A stretch of DNA of 64,000 nucleotides from Macrostomum lignano (taxonomy: Eukaryota). The stretch covers positions 175,703-239,702 of the forward strand of contig NIVC01001770.1 of NCBI GenBank assembly GCA_002269645.1. Reading direction: 5' to 3'. The translations under genes and the position numbers were made by a program. This document shows positions 1-11,522 of the stretch, piece after piece. The notes beneath the pieces are model-generated. The model searched no databases and had not been told where the DNA came from. It worked only from the letters and a program-made list of their open reading frames with translations. Every line of letters begins with the position of its first letter. The stretch's first letter is position 1.

Positions 1-40
1 CTTCTACCTTGGACTTGTACTTTAGTTAGCTATCGTCTTT

Positions 41-283
41 TAAATGTATTTGTGGGCCTTCTAAATGTATTTGTGGCTTTCTAAATGTATTTGTGGGCCT
101 TCTAAATGTATTTGTGGCTTTCTGAATGTATTTGTGGCTTTCTGAATGTATTTGAGGCTTTCTGAATGTATTTGTGGCTTTCTGAATGTATCTGTGGCTT
201 TCTGAATGTATTTTTGGCTTTCTGAATGTATTTGTGGCTTTCTGAATGTATTTGTGCCCTTCTGAATGTATTTGTAGCTTTCT
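41..283. repeat. Minisatellite, ~20-bp unit (tctgaatgtatttgtggctt), ~12 copies
   Basis: Direct tandem periodicity of 20 bp; explains ORF 61..348. Confidence 0.95.
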
Positions 284-974
284 AGGTTTGCATTGATCAC
301 TGGAAGGACTGCTAGGGTTAATTTCGGGAAAAGTATACAGCGATACAATTGATGACCAGAATCTCCATAGTCTTATTTTGTAGTTGAATAGATTCTCCGT
401 CTCCTCTCTCTAAGCATCTCAGCCTCTCTCTCTCTCCTGATGAAGCGGCCCCAATCTCTCGATTGCTCAACCAAGCATCGCGATGGGTTTCAAGCCTCAG
501 TCCCTACTATAACAGAATCCAAGACCGCTGGGCTACATCTCCTCATTCCCAATGTGCCGGTCGCAGGAAGGCCCGCCCCCCATAGTTACTGCAAAGTTGC
601 TCTTGGACCCGAGCTCCCACTCTCCCCTTATTTCTTCCCCATGCGGAGCTGCTCTCGATCTATTCTATATATCCTTTTTTCTTTCCTTTTCCGATAGACC
701 AAGCATGAGACAGGCCGTGGGGCCAACTCAAGGGTTTGAGGATCGAACAGTGGGGGGGGGATGGGGTCTAAGGGATAAACAGGCTGGCAGAGTTGCTGCC
801 ACTGCTGCTTTCTGAGCTGTTAGGGATGAATTTCTCTACCAAGTGGGAAGCAACGGCGGTGCATAGAGTGCGAGACTTATTTTGCTGTTATTTAGGCTCA
901 GAACTGCACGAGGAAAACTTTTCCGCGAGTGCAAGGGTTGTGTTAATTTTTAAAATACATGTTTTTTGCACAGC

Positions 975-2898
975 ATCTGTCCCACCGCTCTGCCCTCTTG
1001 TCTCCCCGCTCTGTTCTCTTGTCTCACCCTCTCTGCCCTCTTGTCTCCCCGCTCAGGTTTCTTGTCTCACCCTCTCTGCCCTCTTGTCTCACCCGCTCTG
1101 CCGTGTTGTCTCTCACCCGCTCTGCCCTGTTGTCTCATCCACTCTGCCCTCTTGTCTCCCCGCTCAGGTTTCTTGTCTCACTCTCTCTGCCCTCTTGTCT
1201 CACCCGCTCTGCCGTGTTGTCTCTCACCCGCTCTGCCCTGTTGTCTCATCCACTCTGCCCTCTTGTCTCCCCGCTCAGGTTTCTTGTCTCACCCTCTCTG
1301 CCCTCTTGTCTCACCCTCTCTGCCCTCTTGTCTCACCCGCTCTGCCGCGTTGTCTCTCACCCGCTCTGCCATGTTGTCTCATCCACTCTGCCCTCTTGTC
1401 TCCCCGCTCAGGTTTCTTGTCTCACCCTCTCTGCCCTCTTGTCTCACCCGCTCTGCCGTGTTGTCTCTCACCCGCTCTGCCCTGTTGTCTCATCCACTCT
1501 GCCCTCTTGTCTCCCCGCTCAGGTTTCTTGTCTCACCCTCTCTGCCCTCTTGTCTCACCCGCTCTGCCGTGTTGTCTCACCCGCTCTGCCCTGTTGTCTC
1601 ATCCACTCTGCCCTCTTGTCTCCCCGCTCAGGTTTCTTGTCTCACCCTCTCTGCCCTCTTGTCTCACCCTCTCTGCCCTCTTGTCTCACCCACTCTGCCG
1701 CGTTGTCTCTCACCCGCTCTGCCATGTTGTCTCATCCACTCTGCCCTCTTGTCTCCCCGCTCAGGTTTCTTGTCTCACCCTCTCTGCCCTCTTGTCTCCC
1801 CGCTCAGGTTTCTTGTCTCACCCTCTCTGCCCTCTTGTCTCCCCGCTCAGGTTTCTTGTCTCACCCTCTCTGCCCTCTTGTCTCCCCGCTCAGGTTTCTT
1901 GTCTCACCCTCTCTGCCCTCTTGTCTCCCCGCTCAGGTTTCTTGTCTCACCCTCTCTGCCCTCTTGTCTCCCCGCTCAGGTTTCTTGTCTCACCCTCTCT
2001 GCCCTCTTGTCTCCCCGCTCAGGTTTCTTGTCTCACCCTCTCTGCCCTCTTGTCTCCCCGCTCAGGTTTCTTGTCTCACCCTCTCTGCCCTCTTGTCTCA
2101 CCCACTCTGCCGCGTTGTCTCTCACCCGCTCTGCCATGTTGTCTCATCCACTCTGCCCTCTTGTCTCCCCGCTCAGGTTTCTTGTCTCACCCTCTCTGCC
2201 CTCTTGTCTCACCCGCTCTGCCGTGTTGTCTCCCCGCTCTGCCATGTTGTCTCATCCACTCTGCCCTCTTGTCTCCCCGCTCTGCTTTCTTGTCTCACCC
2301 TCTCTGCCCTCTTGTCTCCCCGCTCAGGTTTCTTGTCTCACCCTCTCTGCCCTCTTGTCTCACCCACTCTGCCGCGTTGTCTCTCACCCGCTCTGCCCTG
2401 TTGTCTCATCCACTCTGCCCTCTTGTCTCCCCGCTCTGCTTTCTTGTCTCACTATCTCTGCCCTCTTGTCTCACCCGCTCTGCCGTGTTGTCTCTCACCC
2501 GCTCTGCCATGTTGTCTCATCCACTCTGCCCTGCCTGTTGTCTCCCCGCTCTGCCTGTTGTCTCACCCACTCTGCTCTCTTGTCTAACCTGCTCTGCTCT
2601 CTTGTCTCACCCGCTCTGCCCTCTTGTCTCACCCTATCTGCTTTCTTGTCTCACCCGCTCTGCCCTGTTGTCTCACCCACTCTGCTCTCTTGTCTAACCT
2701 GCTCTGCTCTCTTGTCTCACCCGCTCTGCCCTCTTGTCTCACCCTATCTGCTTTCTTGTCTCACCCACACTGTTCTCTTGTCTCACCCGCTCTGTTCTCT
2801 TGTCTCACCCACACTGTTCTCTTGTCTCACCCGCTCTGTTCTCTTGTCTCACCCACACTGTTCTCTTGTCTAACCTACTCAGCTCTCTGTCTCACCCG
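975..2898. repeat. CT-rich minisatellite, ~22-bp monomers (ctcttgtctcacccgctctgcc and variants) with higher-order blocks
   Basis: Tandem monomers; stop-free in all three plus frames, giving three overlapping low-complexity ORFs. Confidence 0.95.
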
Positions 2899-3414
2899 CA
2901 ATCCCGAACTTCTACTTCCTGAATTACATTCAGAGCTCCTGTTTCCTAAGCCATGCCATGCGAAGCTACAAAGAGATTCAAACATATGGATTAACAACAG
3001 AGGTCAATTCCTCTATGCCTCTCTTTCTCTGTGAAATATCTGATTTTCTGTCCTATAAGTATGTCATCTCAATAACTGTCTCATTTGATCCTCCTACATT
3101 GAGCTGACTGCCCGCCCACCCCTTCCGAGTGATAGAGATTAACTAGAGCTCAGCCTAGGTTTACACTGATACTCACGCGATGCTTAGCGGCTTAGCGGCA
3201 CAAACGATAGCTCTGATGAATAAGGGCCATCATGAACCAACAGTCAGATTAGTACAAATGCATAACCCCGCCAATGTAGGCTCAAATTTAGCCAGAGTAG
3301 CAAACACTTATAGAGAGCCGGTTAGCGGATTGGTAATTTGTAATATTTTTAATAATTCTAGTTGGGGGCCTAATCCCATGACTTGGGTGTCTCATTTATC
3401 AGTAGGGGTGCTTG

Positions 3415-3760
3415 ATCATTCTAGGCGACGCTTTAATCATTCTATGGGACGCTTTAATCATTCTATGGGACGCTTTAATCATTCTATGAGACGCTTTAAT
3501 CATTCTATGGGACGCTTTAATCATTCTATGAGACGCTTTAATCATTCAATGGGACGCTTTAATCATTCTATGGGACGCTTTAATCATTCTATGGGACGCT
3601 TTAATCATTCTATGGGACGCTTTAATCATTCTATGGGACGCTTTAATCATTCTATGAGACGCTTTAATCATTCTATGGGTCGCTTTAATCATTCTATGAG
3701 ACGCTTTAATCATTCTATGGGACGCTTTAATCATTCTATGGGACGCTTGATCATTATATC
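3415..3760. repeat. Minisatellite, 21-bp unit (ttaatcattctatgggacgct), decaying to ~3880
   Basis: Tandem periodicity; RFNHSMG repeat in ORF track. Confidence 0.95.
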
Positions 3761-4191
3761 GGGCGCTTAATCTATTTAAGTGGCGCTTAATCATTGTAGG
3801 TGACGCTTAATTTTTCTAAATGGCGCTTAATCTTTCTAAGTGGCGCTTAATCGTTCCACCTGGCACTTAATCTTCCCAGTGGCATTTATTCTTTTTTAAA
3901 AAGTCTTTTAATCTTCATCTTTCTGGAATCTTTGTAAGTATCGTTACGAGCTAACTCTTTGTAAGGGGCGCATGCTTGATTTTCTTCTACGAAGTTGTTA
4001 ATTTCTCTTACAAGTGCCTAATATCGTACGGACGCGTCTTTTCCTGTATGTATGCTTGTTCTAATGGATTGTATAGGTAAGGAGAAGTGTGTAATTTCGA
4101 GGCCCTATTCATCAACCCAACTAATAACGAGGATCTCAATAAATAATCTGACGCAATTTCTTCGCAGTCAGAGCAGACACCGGTAGTTCTG

Positions 4192-4623
4192 ATGAAGCGG
4201 TATCCGGCCCCGACGCGCTGCCTACTGTGTCACCTGCTGGTTTGGTCGACAATCGCATGCTGCACCGGGCAGCAACTCGTAGCTGCGCCAACCGACAGGA
4301 AGTCAGCAGATTCAGCCGACAGAGCGCCGACGCCGTCCGAGACTGACCTTGTCGGCGAAGGGATCGTCGTCGGTGGCAGCGGCGGCGAATTCGTCTTCGT
4401 GATCGTGTTCTTCTGCGTAGGCCTGGTGGGGTTCATAGTGCTGGTGGCCTACTGCACCAGGTACGCTTCGTCCAAGGCGGACCGGCGGGCGGAGCGCTAC
4501 CTGTCGGAGGTGCAGGAGCGCCGGCGGATTAGCCAGGAGAATGCCTACCGCCTCAATGCCGCGTTGGTTCAGCATGCGGTGCCGCAGGTGCCGGGAAGCG
4601 AGTGCTACCTGCCTGCTGGCTGA
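4192..4623 (+). CDS. Orphan type I single-pass membrane protein, 143 aa (signal peptide, short Ser/Thr/Pro ectodomain, TM helix, basic juxtamembrane tail)
   Basis: GC-rich non-repetitive ORF; N-terminal hydrophobic stretch CLLCHLLVWSTIACC; TM FVFVIVFFCVGLVGFIVLVAYC followed by TRYASSKADRR; acceptor ttcttcgcag ending at 4167, 24 nt upstream and in frame. Confidence 0.7.
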   Translation: MKRYPAPTRCLLCHLLVWSTIACCTGQQLVAAPTDRKSADSADRAPTPSETDLVGEGIVVGGSGGEFVFVIVFFCVGLVGFIVLVAYCTRYASSKADRRAERYLSEVQERRRISQENAYRLNAALVQHAVPQVPGSECYLPAG

Positions 4624-4636
4624 GGTGACTTCAATG

Positions 4637-5963
4637 CAGGAGTCGGCAAACTTTTTACCTCAGAGGGCCAGATGGAGATCTATTAATCTAGCGCATGAGG
4701 AAGGGAAAGAGAAGATGGAATAGAGGAGAAAATGGGAGAGGGGAGATAATAGAGGCACAAGAGAAGGGGAAGAGAGAAGGGAGAGGAGAGAAGGGAGCGG
4801 AGAGAAGGGAGAGGAGAGAAGGGAGAGGAGAGAAGGGAGAGGAGAGAAGGGAGCGGAGAGAAGGGAGAGGAGAGAAGGGAGGGGAGAGAAGGGAGCGGAG
4901 AGAAGGGAGCGGAAAGAGGGGAGAGGAGGGAGAGGAGAGAAGAGAGAGGAGAGAAGGGAGCGGAGCGGAGAGAAGGGAGAGGAGAGAAGGGAGAGGAGAG
5001 AAGGGAGAGGAGAGAAGGGAGAGGAGAGAAGGGAGAGGAGAGAAGGGAGAGGAGAGAAGGGAGAGGAGAGAAGGGAGAGGAGAGAAGGGAGAGGAGAGAA
5101 GGGAGAGGAGAGAAGGGAGAGGAGAGAAGGGAGAGGAGAGAAGGGAGAGGAGAGAAGGGAGAGGAGAGAAGGGAGAGGAGAGAAGGGAGAGGAGCGGAGA
5201 GAAGGGAGAGGAGAGAAGGGAGAGGAGAGAAGGGAGAGGAGAGAAGGGAGAGGAGAGAAGGGAGAGGAGAGAAGGGAGAGGAGAGAAGGGAGAGGAGAGA
5301 AGGGAGAGGAGAGAAGGGAGAGGAGAGAAGGGAGAGGAGAGAAGGGAGAGGAGAGAAGGGAGAGGAGAGAAGGGAGCGGAGCGGAGAGAAGGGAGAGGAG
5401 AGAAGGGAGCGGAGAGAAGGGAGCGAAGAGAACTGAGAGGAGAGAAGGGAGAGGAGAGAAGGGAGCGGAGCGGAGAGAAGGGAGAGGAGAGAAGGGAGAG
5501 GAGAGAAGGGAGAAGAGAGAAGGGAGAGGAGAGAAGGGAGAGGAGAGAAGGGAGAGGAGAGAAGGGAGAGGAGAGAAGGGAGTGGAGCGGAGAGAAGGGA
5601 GCGGAAAGAAGGGAGAGGAGTGAAGGGAGCGGAGAGAAGGGAGAGGAGAGAAGGGAGCGGAGCGGAGAGAAGGGAGCGGAGCGGAGAGAAGGGAGCGGAG
5701 CGGAGAGAAGGGAGCGGAAAGAGGGGAGAGGAGGGAGAGGAGAGAAGAGAGAGGAAAGAAGGGAGCGGAGCGGAGAGAAGGGAGCGGAGCGGAGAGAAGG
5801 GAGAGGAGAGAAGGGAGAGGAGAGAAGGGAGCGGAGAGAAGAGAGGAGAGAAGGCTGAGAGAGCTAAGAAGAGACACAAACCTTAGGCGGACAAAAGATG
5901 CTATTGTGAAGTTGCAAAGGACCCGAGAAATTTGTTCCGTGGGCCGGAGTTTGCCGACCCCTG
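4637..5963 (+). mobile_element. Non-autonomous hAT (Charlie-like) MITE with expanded internal GA-rich satellite
   Basis: TIRs caggagtcggcaaact / agtttgccgacccctg; degenerate 8-bp TSD cttcaatg (4629-36) / ctttaata (5964-71); interior ~4700-5875 is (gagaggagagaagg)n. Confidence 0.85.
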
Positions 5964-6091
5964 CTTTAATACGAGCGTAGCTGATCTACGAGCCATCCAT
6001 GCATATTAGACTGGTCCTGCGGTTTTACACGAGGCTGGTTTTCGTTAAAAGATGCATTATTGAGGAAGTCTTCAGGTTCTCACCTAAATCC

Positions 6092-6427
6092 TTTTTTAGA
6101 GGCAGGGGGCTGTGTGCACCCTGGCGCACTTTAAGCGACATTGTCGCACAACCGGCGAGAGACATTACTGCCCATTCCACCGACTCCCCTGAGTAGGCAC
6201 ACACCTCATAGGAGTACGTGTACAGCGGTCCTAACTTTATTCATGGTTAGGCATGTACACTTCACTGTGACTTGGGGTTGGCCCTCAAGGGTGTTAATTG
6301 CACGAGCAGAGCCAAGCCGAGAGATTCAAATTTAGACGCAATTAAACCAATGTGACTGCACTTAGAATCGAGCCTGGGCCGCTGGCACATCAGAGAGCCG
6401 CGCCAGACCACTGGGCTACGGTCCCCC
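6092..6427 (-). mobile_element. tRNA-derived SINE, family A
   Basis: Minus-strand head gggggaccgTAGCCCAGTGG (A box) ... GGCTCGATTCT (B-box-like); body clearly homologous to 19196-19559; short A tail. Confidence 0.8.
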
Positions 6428-6939
6428 TTTTGTCTATGGTAAACCTGGTGCATTTTGCCCAAGTAAACCAGTCTTCTGTGAAAGCACACGATCAGTAAGC
6501 GTTGCGCCCTTCTCGCTACTAACTTTCTCTGTCGATCCACTGCAGTCACCACCAGAAGTCAGAGTTCGTGATGCATTTTTTGAGACTGCAACCTCCTTAT
6601 GTACCCGCACCTATGCACCTCATGTATCTCTTCTATTTTATATAAATCAATTAACTTAATGGCTAGGCCCAATGCAGCTTTAAATTTCAGTTAGCTAGCG
6701 ATAAAATAAGTCTTGAATAAAAACAACTGCTTTCAAATCAGAGTTTGATGGATTTTTGAAATGGTCAGTCCAGTTTCGCTTCCTTGCTACAGTCAGATGC
6801 TTAGCCAGGATTTTTTATTGGGGGCGCCGGCACCAAAAAGGACCATGGCGCCAAAGTAGTTGTCATAGAATTGCTAAAGTGAGGAACAGAGGCGAAGAGG
6901 TGAACCTGTGAAGGGGGCGCGCATTCAATGGACTAGGAG

Positions 6940-7175
6940 GCAGATTCAGTGGACTAGGAGGGGGGGGGCGGATTCAGGGACTAGGGGGGGGGCAGATTCA
7001 GTGGACTACGGGGGCGGATTGACTGGACTACGGGGGCGGATTGACTGGACTACGGGGGCGGATTGAGTGGACTAGGGGCAAGAGGCGGATTCAGAGGACT
7101 GGTGGCGGTCGCGGGGGCTTTACTGCACTAGGGAGGCGGATTCAGCGACTAGGGGGGGATTCAGTGACTTGGGGG
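6940..7175. repeat. Degenerate G-rich tandem repeat (ggactagggggcggattcagt-like)
   Basis: Recurrent ggactag/ggattcag units; probably internal to an unresolved element starting ~6800. Confidence 0.6.
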
Positions 7176-8054
7176 AGGGGGGTGGGGTGGCGCCTTTTTT
7201 TGCCATCCTTTTGTGTGGCGCGATCACCTGCTTCTCTTTCTTTTTCCTGCTTCTCTGGTTACAGCTCTCAGCAATCTTTCCAGAAGTTCATTTCTTGAAG
7301 GATTATATTCTATTTCAGATGTCTATGGTAAAGCCCCATTTAATGCATGTCATTCTATAAAAATGTAAACTGTAAAATACAGCTGATCATTCTACAACAC
7401 TGATATATTATCTGGTTTTCTAAAATATTCTATAATAAAGTATTTGCGAAATACGCGTATCAATATATTGCAATAAATTATTTCAAAAAGTACATGCGTC
7501 ATCATGCGACACTTAAATAAACAAAGCTGAGAACTGGGATGTACTTTAAAGACTTGCTTATAGCATCTCATTAGCATCACATTATGGATTAGTGCGGCTT
7601 ATCGACTGAGTAACTCTCACCTACTAGGCTGTAACTATTACAGGGATTTACAGCTCGAAAAAGGCCTTACCGCAGCTGTTCGCATTAATCCCCCATAGGA
7701 AATGTTCCCATTTTCGCTGCCGCCAACATTCTCAGCCTCACACATTTTCCCCCAGAATCCCAATCTACCGCTCAATCAATCCACTTTGTCTCTCAAATTA
7801 AATTTGCTCTCAGCGAATTCCCAGTCAAAATGAATAGCCTATATGGGAGTGGAGATGGGAGTCTGCAGGCGGGATTATAACTCTAGCTGTCAATAGTCTG
7901 ACTAAGAGTTTGGGGAACTGCGCGGTTACTATGAAGAAACTCTATGATTCCATGTGAGCAACTCGATCGGACGAGGATTATGAGAGGCTCTATGAGAAAT
8001 GATGAGAAATACGGTGAATAATTCTAAGAGGGATTTTAAAGAGGGACTATGTAT

Positions 8055-8530
8055 CAGAAGCCGTGAGAGAGACTATGAGAAGCCGTGAGAGACTGAGAGG
8101 CCATGAGAGACTATGAAAAGCCGTGAGACACTATGAGAAGCCGTGAGAGAGACTATGAGAAGTCATGAGAGAGACTATGAGAAGCCGTGAGAGAGACTAT
8201 GAGAAGCCATGAGAGAGACTATGAGAAGCCGTGAGAGAGTGACTATGAGAAGCCGTGAGAGGGACTGTGAGAAGCCGTGAGAGTGACTGTGAGAAGCCAT
8301 TAGAGAGTGACTATGAGAAGCCGTGAGAGAGTGACTATCAGAAGCCGTGAGAGAGAGACTATGAGAAGCCGTGAGAGAGTGACTATGAGAAGCCGTGAGA
8401 GTGACTATGAGAAGCCATGAGTGACTATGAGAAGCCATGAGAGAGTGACTATGAGAAGCCGTGAGAGAGTGACTATGAGAAGCCGTGAGAGTGACTGTGA
8501 GAAGCCATGAGTGACTATGAGAAGCCATGA
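8055..8530. repeat. Minisatellite, 22-24-bp unit (gactatgagaagccgtgagaga)
   Basis: Tandem periodicity. Confidence 0.95.
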
Positions 8531-9098
8531 GATAGCTTATGAGAAACTACAATAGATATAATCAAGCTGTAAGAGAACAAGAGACTAAAGGCACAGATAG
8601 CCTTTGTTTCAAGTTATAAAAGCATTTTTTTAAAAACTTGCGCAAGAACCTCAATGCGAACTCGTCATTTCGTTGTCATTTAAGTCATTAAAACTAGAAT
8701 AAACAAATTGAAAGTGTCACCGACTTTTATCATTATTAATATAAATAAAATAGTAACATCAAACTCTAACAGAGCAACTACTGAATTCTGCCGCATAAAA
8801 ATACCAACTCAGTACAACTAGTGTGCAGGCACTGTAAGTAAAAGAAAAATATATCTTTTAAGCACAAACTACAGATTCTAGAATAACTGCGTGTAGACAT
8901 GTCCTTCGCAATTAATGTCGTGAAAAAGCAAAGCACCTACTCATTTTTCAGTAGTTTGTCTGCGCAGGTTCACTTGAATTTAACGTGGCAGTTGAAATTC
9001 CTTTCCTTTCTCGGGGTTTGCGGCCTCAGGAGCATATGGGGTTAATAATGAACAAGGATTTAACTTCGATGTACACAAGTGGACCTAAGATGGACCGG

Positions 9099-9612
9099 GG
9101 ACGAAACTCAGCCTAGAAAGGGCAGGTCCAGTCTAGCTCAGCCAATGAGAGAGCGGTAAGGAGAGAGGTCAAAGTCAGACGGACGAAACTCAGCCTAGGG
9201 AGCAGGCCCAATCTAGCTCAGCCAATGAGAGAGCGGTAAGGAGAGAGGTCAAAGTCAGACGGACGAAACTCAGCCTAGGGAGCAGGCCCAATCTAGCTCA
9301 GCCAATGAGAGAGCGGTAAGGAGAGAGGTCAAAGTCAGACGGACGAAACTCAGCCTAGAAGGGGCAGGCCCAGTCTAGCTCAGCCAATGAGAGAGCGGTA
9401 AGGAGAGAGGTCAAAGTCAGACGGACGAAACTCAGCCTAGGGAGCAGGCCCAATCTAGCTCAGCCAATGAGAGAGCGGTAAGGAGAGAGGTCAAAGTCAG
9501 ACGGACGAAACTCAGCCTAGAAGGGGCAGGCCCAGTCTAGCTCAGCCAATGAGAGAGCGGTAAGGAGAGAGGTCAAAGTCAGACGGACGAAACTCAGCCT
9601 AGGGAGCAGGCC
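9099..9612. repeat. 80/82-bp tandem repeat, ~6.3 copies
   Basis: Units start near 9100, 9181, 9261, 9341, 9423, 9503, 9585 and are near-identical. Confidence 0.95.
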
Positions 9613-10348
9613 CCTGTTTTATCTCGCTCGCTATGGACACGCACTGGATTTGGGTGCAGCTTCAAAAACTTTTTTTAAATTTAAAAAACTTTAAATTGTA
9701 AAATTTAACAAACTTTCGTATTTTACTATTAGAAAGGCAAAACGCTAATTTTGCTACTGAAGAGTAGATGAGCGCGTATTTTCAGCGAGGGACATAGCTA
9801 GTTATTCTAGTATCTCTAAGATAAAACAAACAAGACAACTAGTAGACAAACAATTTTTAACAAGCAGGCGGTTACTGAGAATGCATTCAAAATTTACCAG
9901 GTGTAAAAATTATAACAATAAATTCAATTGAAATAAAATAATAACAAGAAAAATCCAAGGCAATGTCTATGGAAAGGAACTGAAATGAAGCGAGTAACCC
10001 AGGCACAGTTTGCTACTTACAGTAATATAAAAGGCACTCAGTATAGTAGACAAAATAATGAAAAAATAGTTAGCAGCCAACGTTAAACCTGATCTTTTAA
10101 AACAATATTACGAGACGTAGAACAGTCATAAACTCGGGTTCAGGTGTCGTATTTAAAGTACTGAATATTTATTAAACACGAAACTACGAAAGTAGTGGAA
10201 TAGTAATGGCAAGCTATACAGAGGAAAAAGTACTCTTTTAAAACTGCTAATATAATAAACTTACAAAAATATGATTGAGCAAAACGGTTATTACATCTTT
10301 TTAAATCAACTAGGAAATCTTCAAACTATAAATTCACACTTAGAATTA

Positions 10349-11346
10349 TTGATCCCAAATCTAAGTCACAGATCCCAAATCTCAGTCAGAGATCCCAAAT
10401 TTTAGTCACAGATCCCAATCTTAGTCACAGATCCCAAATCTCAGTCAGAGATCCCAAATCTTAGTCACAGATCCCAAATCTCAGTCAGAGATCCCAAATC
10501 TTAGTCACAGATCCCAATCTTAGTCACAGATCCCAAATCTCAGTCACAGATCCCAAATCTCAGTCAGAGATCCCAAATCTTAGTCACAGATCCCAAATCT
10601 CAGTCAGAGATCCCAAATCTTAGTCACAGATCCCAATCTTAGTCACAGATCCCAATCTTAGTCACAGATCCCAAATCTCAGTCAGAGATCCCAAATCTTA
10701 GTCACAGATCCCAAATCTCAGTCAGAGATCCCAAATCTTAGTCACAGATCCCAAATCTCAGTCAGAGATCCCAAATCTTAGTCACAGATCCCAAATCTCA
10801 GTCAGAGATCCCAAATCTTAGTCACAGATCCCAATCTTAGTCACAGATCCCAATCTTAGTCACAGATCCAAATCTCAGTCAGAGATCCCAAAACTTAGTC
10901 ACAGATCCCAAATCTCAGTCAGAGATCCCAAATCTTAGTCACAGATCCGAATCTTAGTCACAGATCCGAATCTTAGTCACAGATCCGAATCTTAGTCACA
11001 GATTCCAATCTTAGTCACAGATCCCAATCTTAGTCACAGATCCCAATCTTAGTCACAGATCCCAATCTTAGTCACAGATCCCAATCTTAGTCACAGATCC
11101 CAATCTTAGTCACAGATCTCAATCTTAGTCACAGATTCCAATCTTAGTCAGAGATCCCAAATCTCAGTCAGAGATCCCAAATCTTAGTCACAGATCCCAA
11201 TCTTAGTTACAGATCCCAATCTTAGTCACAGATCCCAATTTTAGTCACAGATCCCAATCTTAGTCACAGATCCCAATCTTAGTCACAGATTCCAATCTTA
11301 GTCATAGATCCCAATCTTAGTCATAGATCCCAATCTTAGTCAGATC
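10349..11346. repeat. Minisatellite, 19-20-bp unit (gatcccaaatcttagtcaca)
   Basis: Tandem periodicity; downstream of the MAP4K stop. Confidence 0.95.
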
Positions 11347-11522
11347 TCAAAGTTCCGTCATCACAGGTCCTAAATTTGTCAGACTCGAAATCCCTACGTC
11401 AGTTGATGATCCCAAATCCTCATGCGAAGTTATCGATCCCAAATCCCTAGTCCTTAAGAATTACCAGATGATCCCTATAACAGATTCGTAGAATTCGAAG
11501 AAATAGCCAAGAAAGCAGGCAG

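Noticed and set aside
793-3034. Three overlapping 540-635 aa ORFs and other long ORFs in arrays (4660-5879, 14922-16083, 20755-22415, 24886-25491, 26092-26823, 27081-27311)
   Set aside because: Open in several frames or on both strands only because the repeat units lack stop codons; no domain content.
9099-9612. CRISPR-like array or hammerhead ribozyme repeat (ggacgaaac in each unit)
   Set aside because: No unique spacers or cas genes; no CUGANGA core upstream of stem II.
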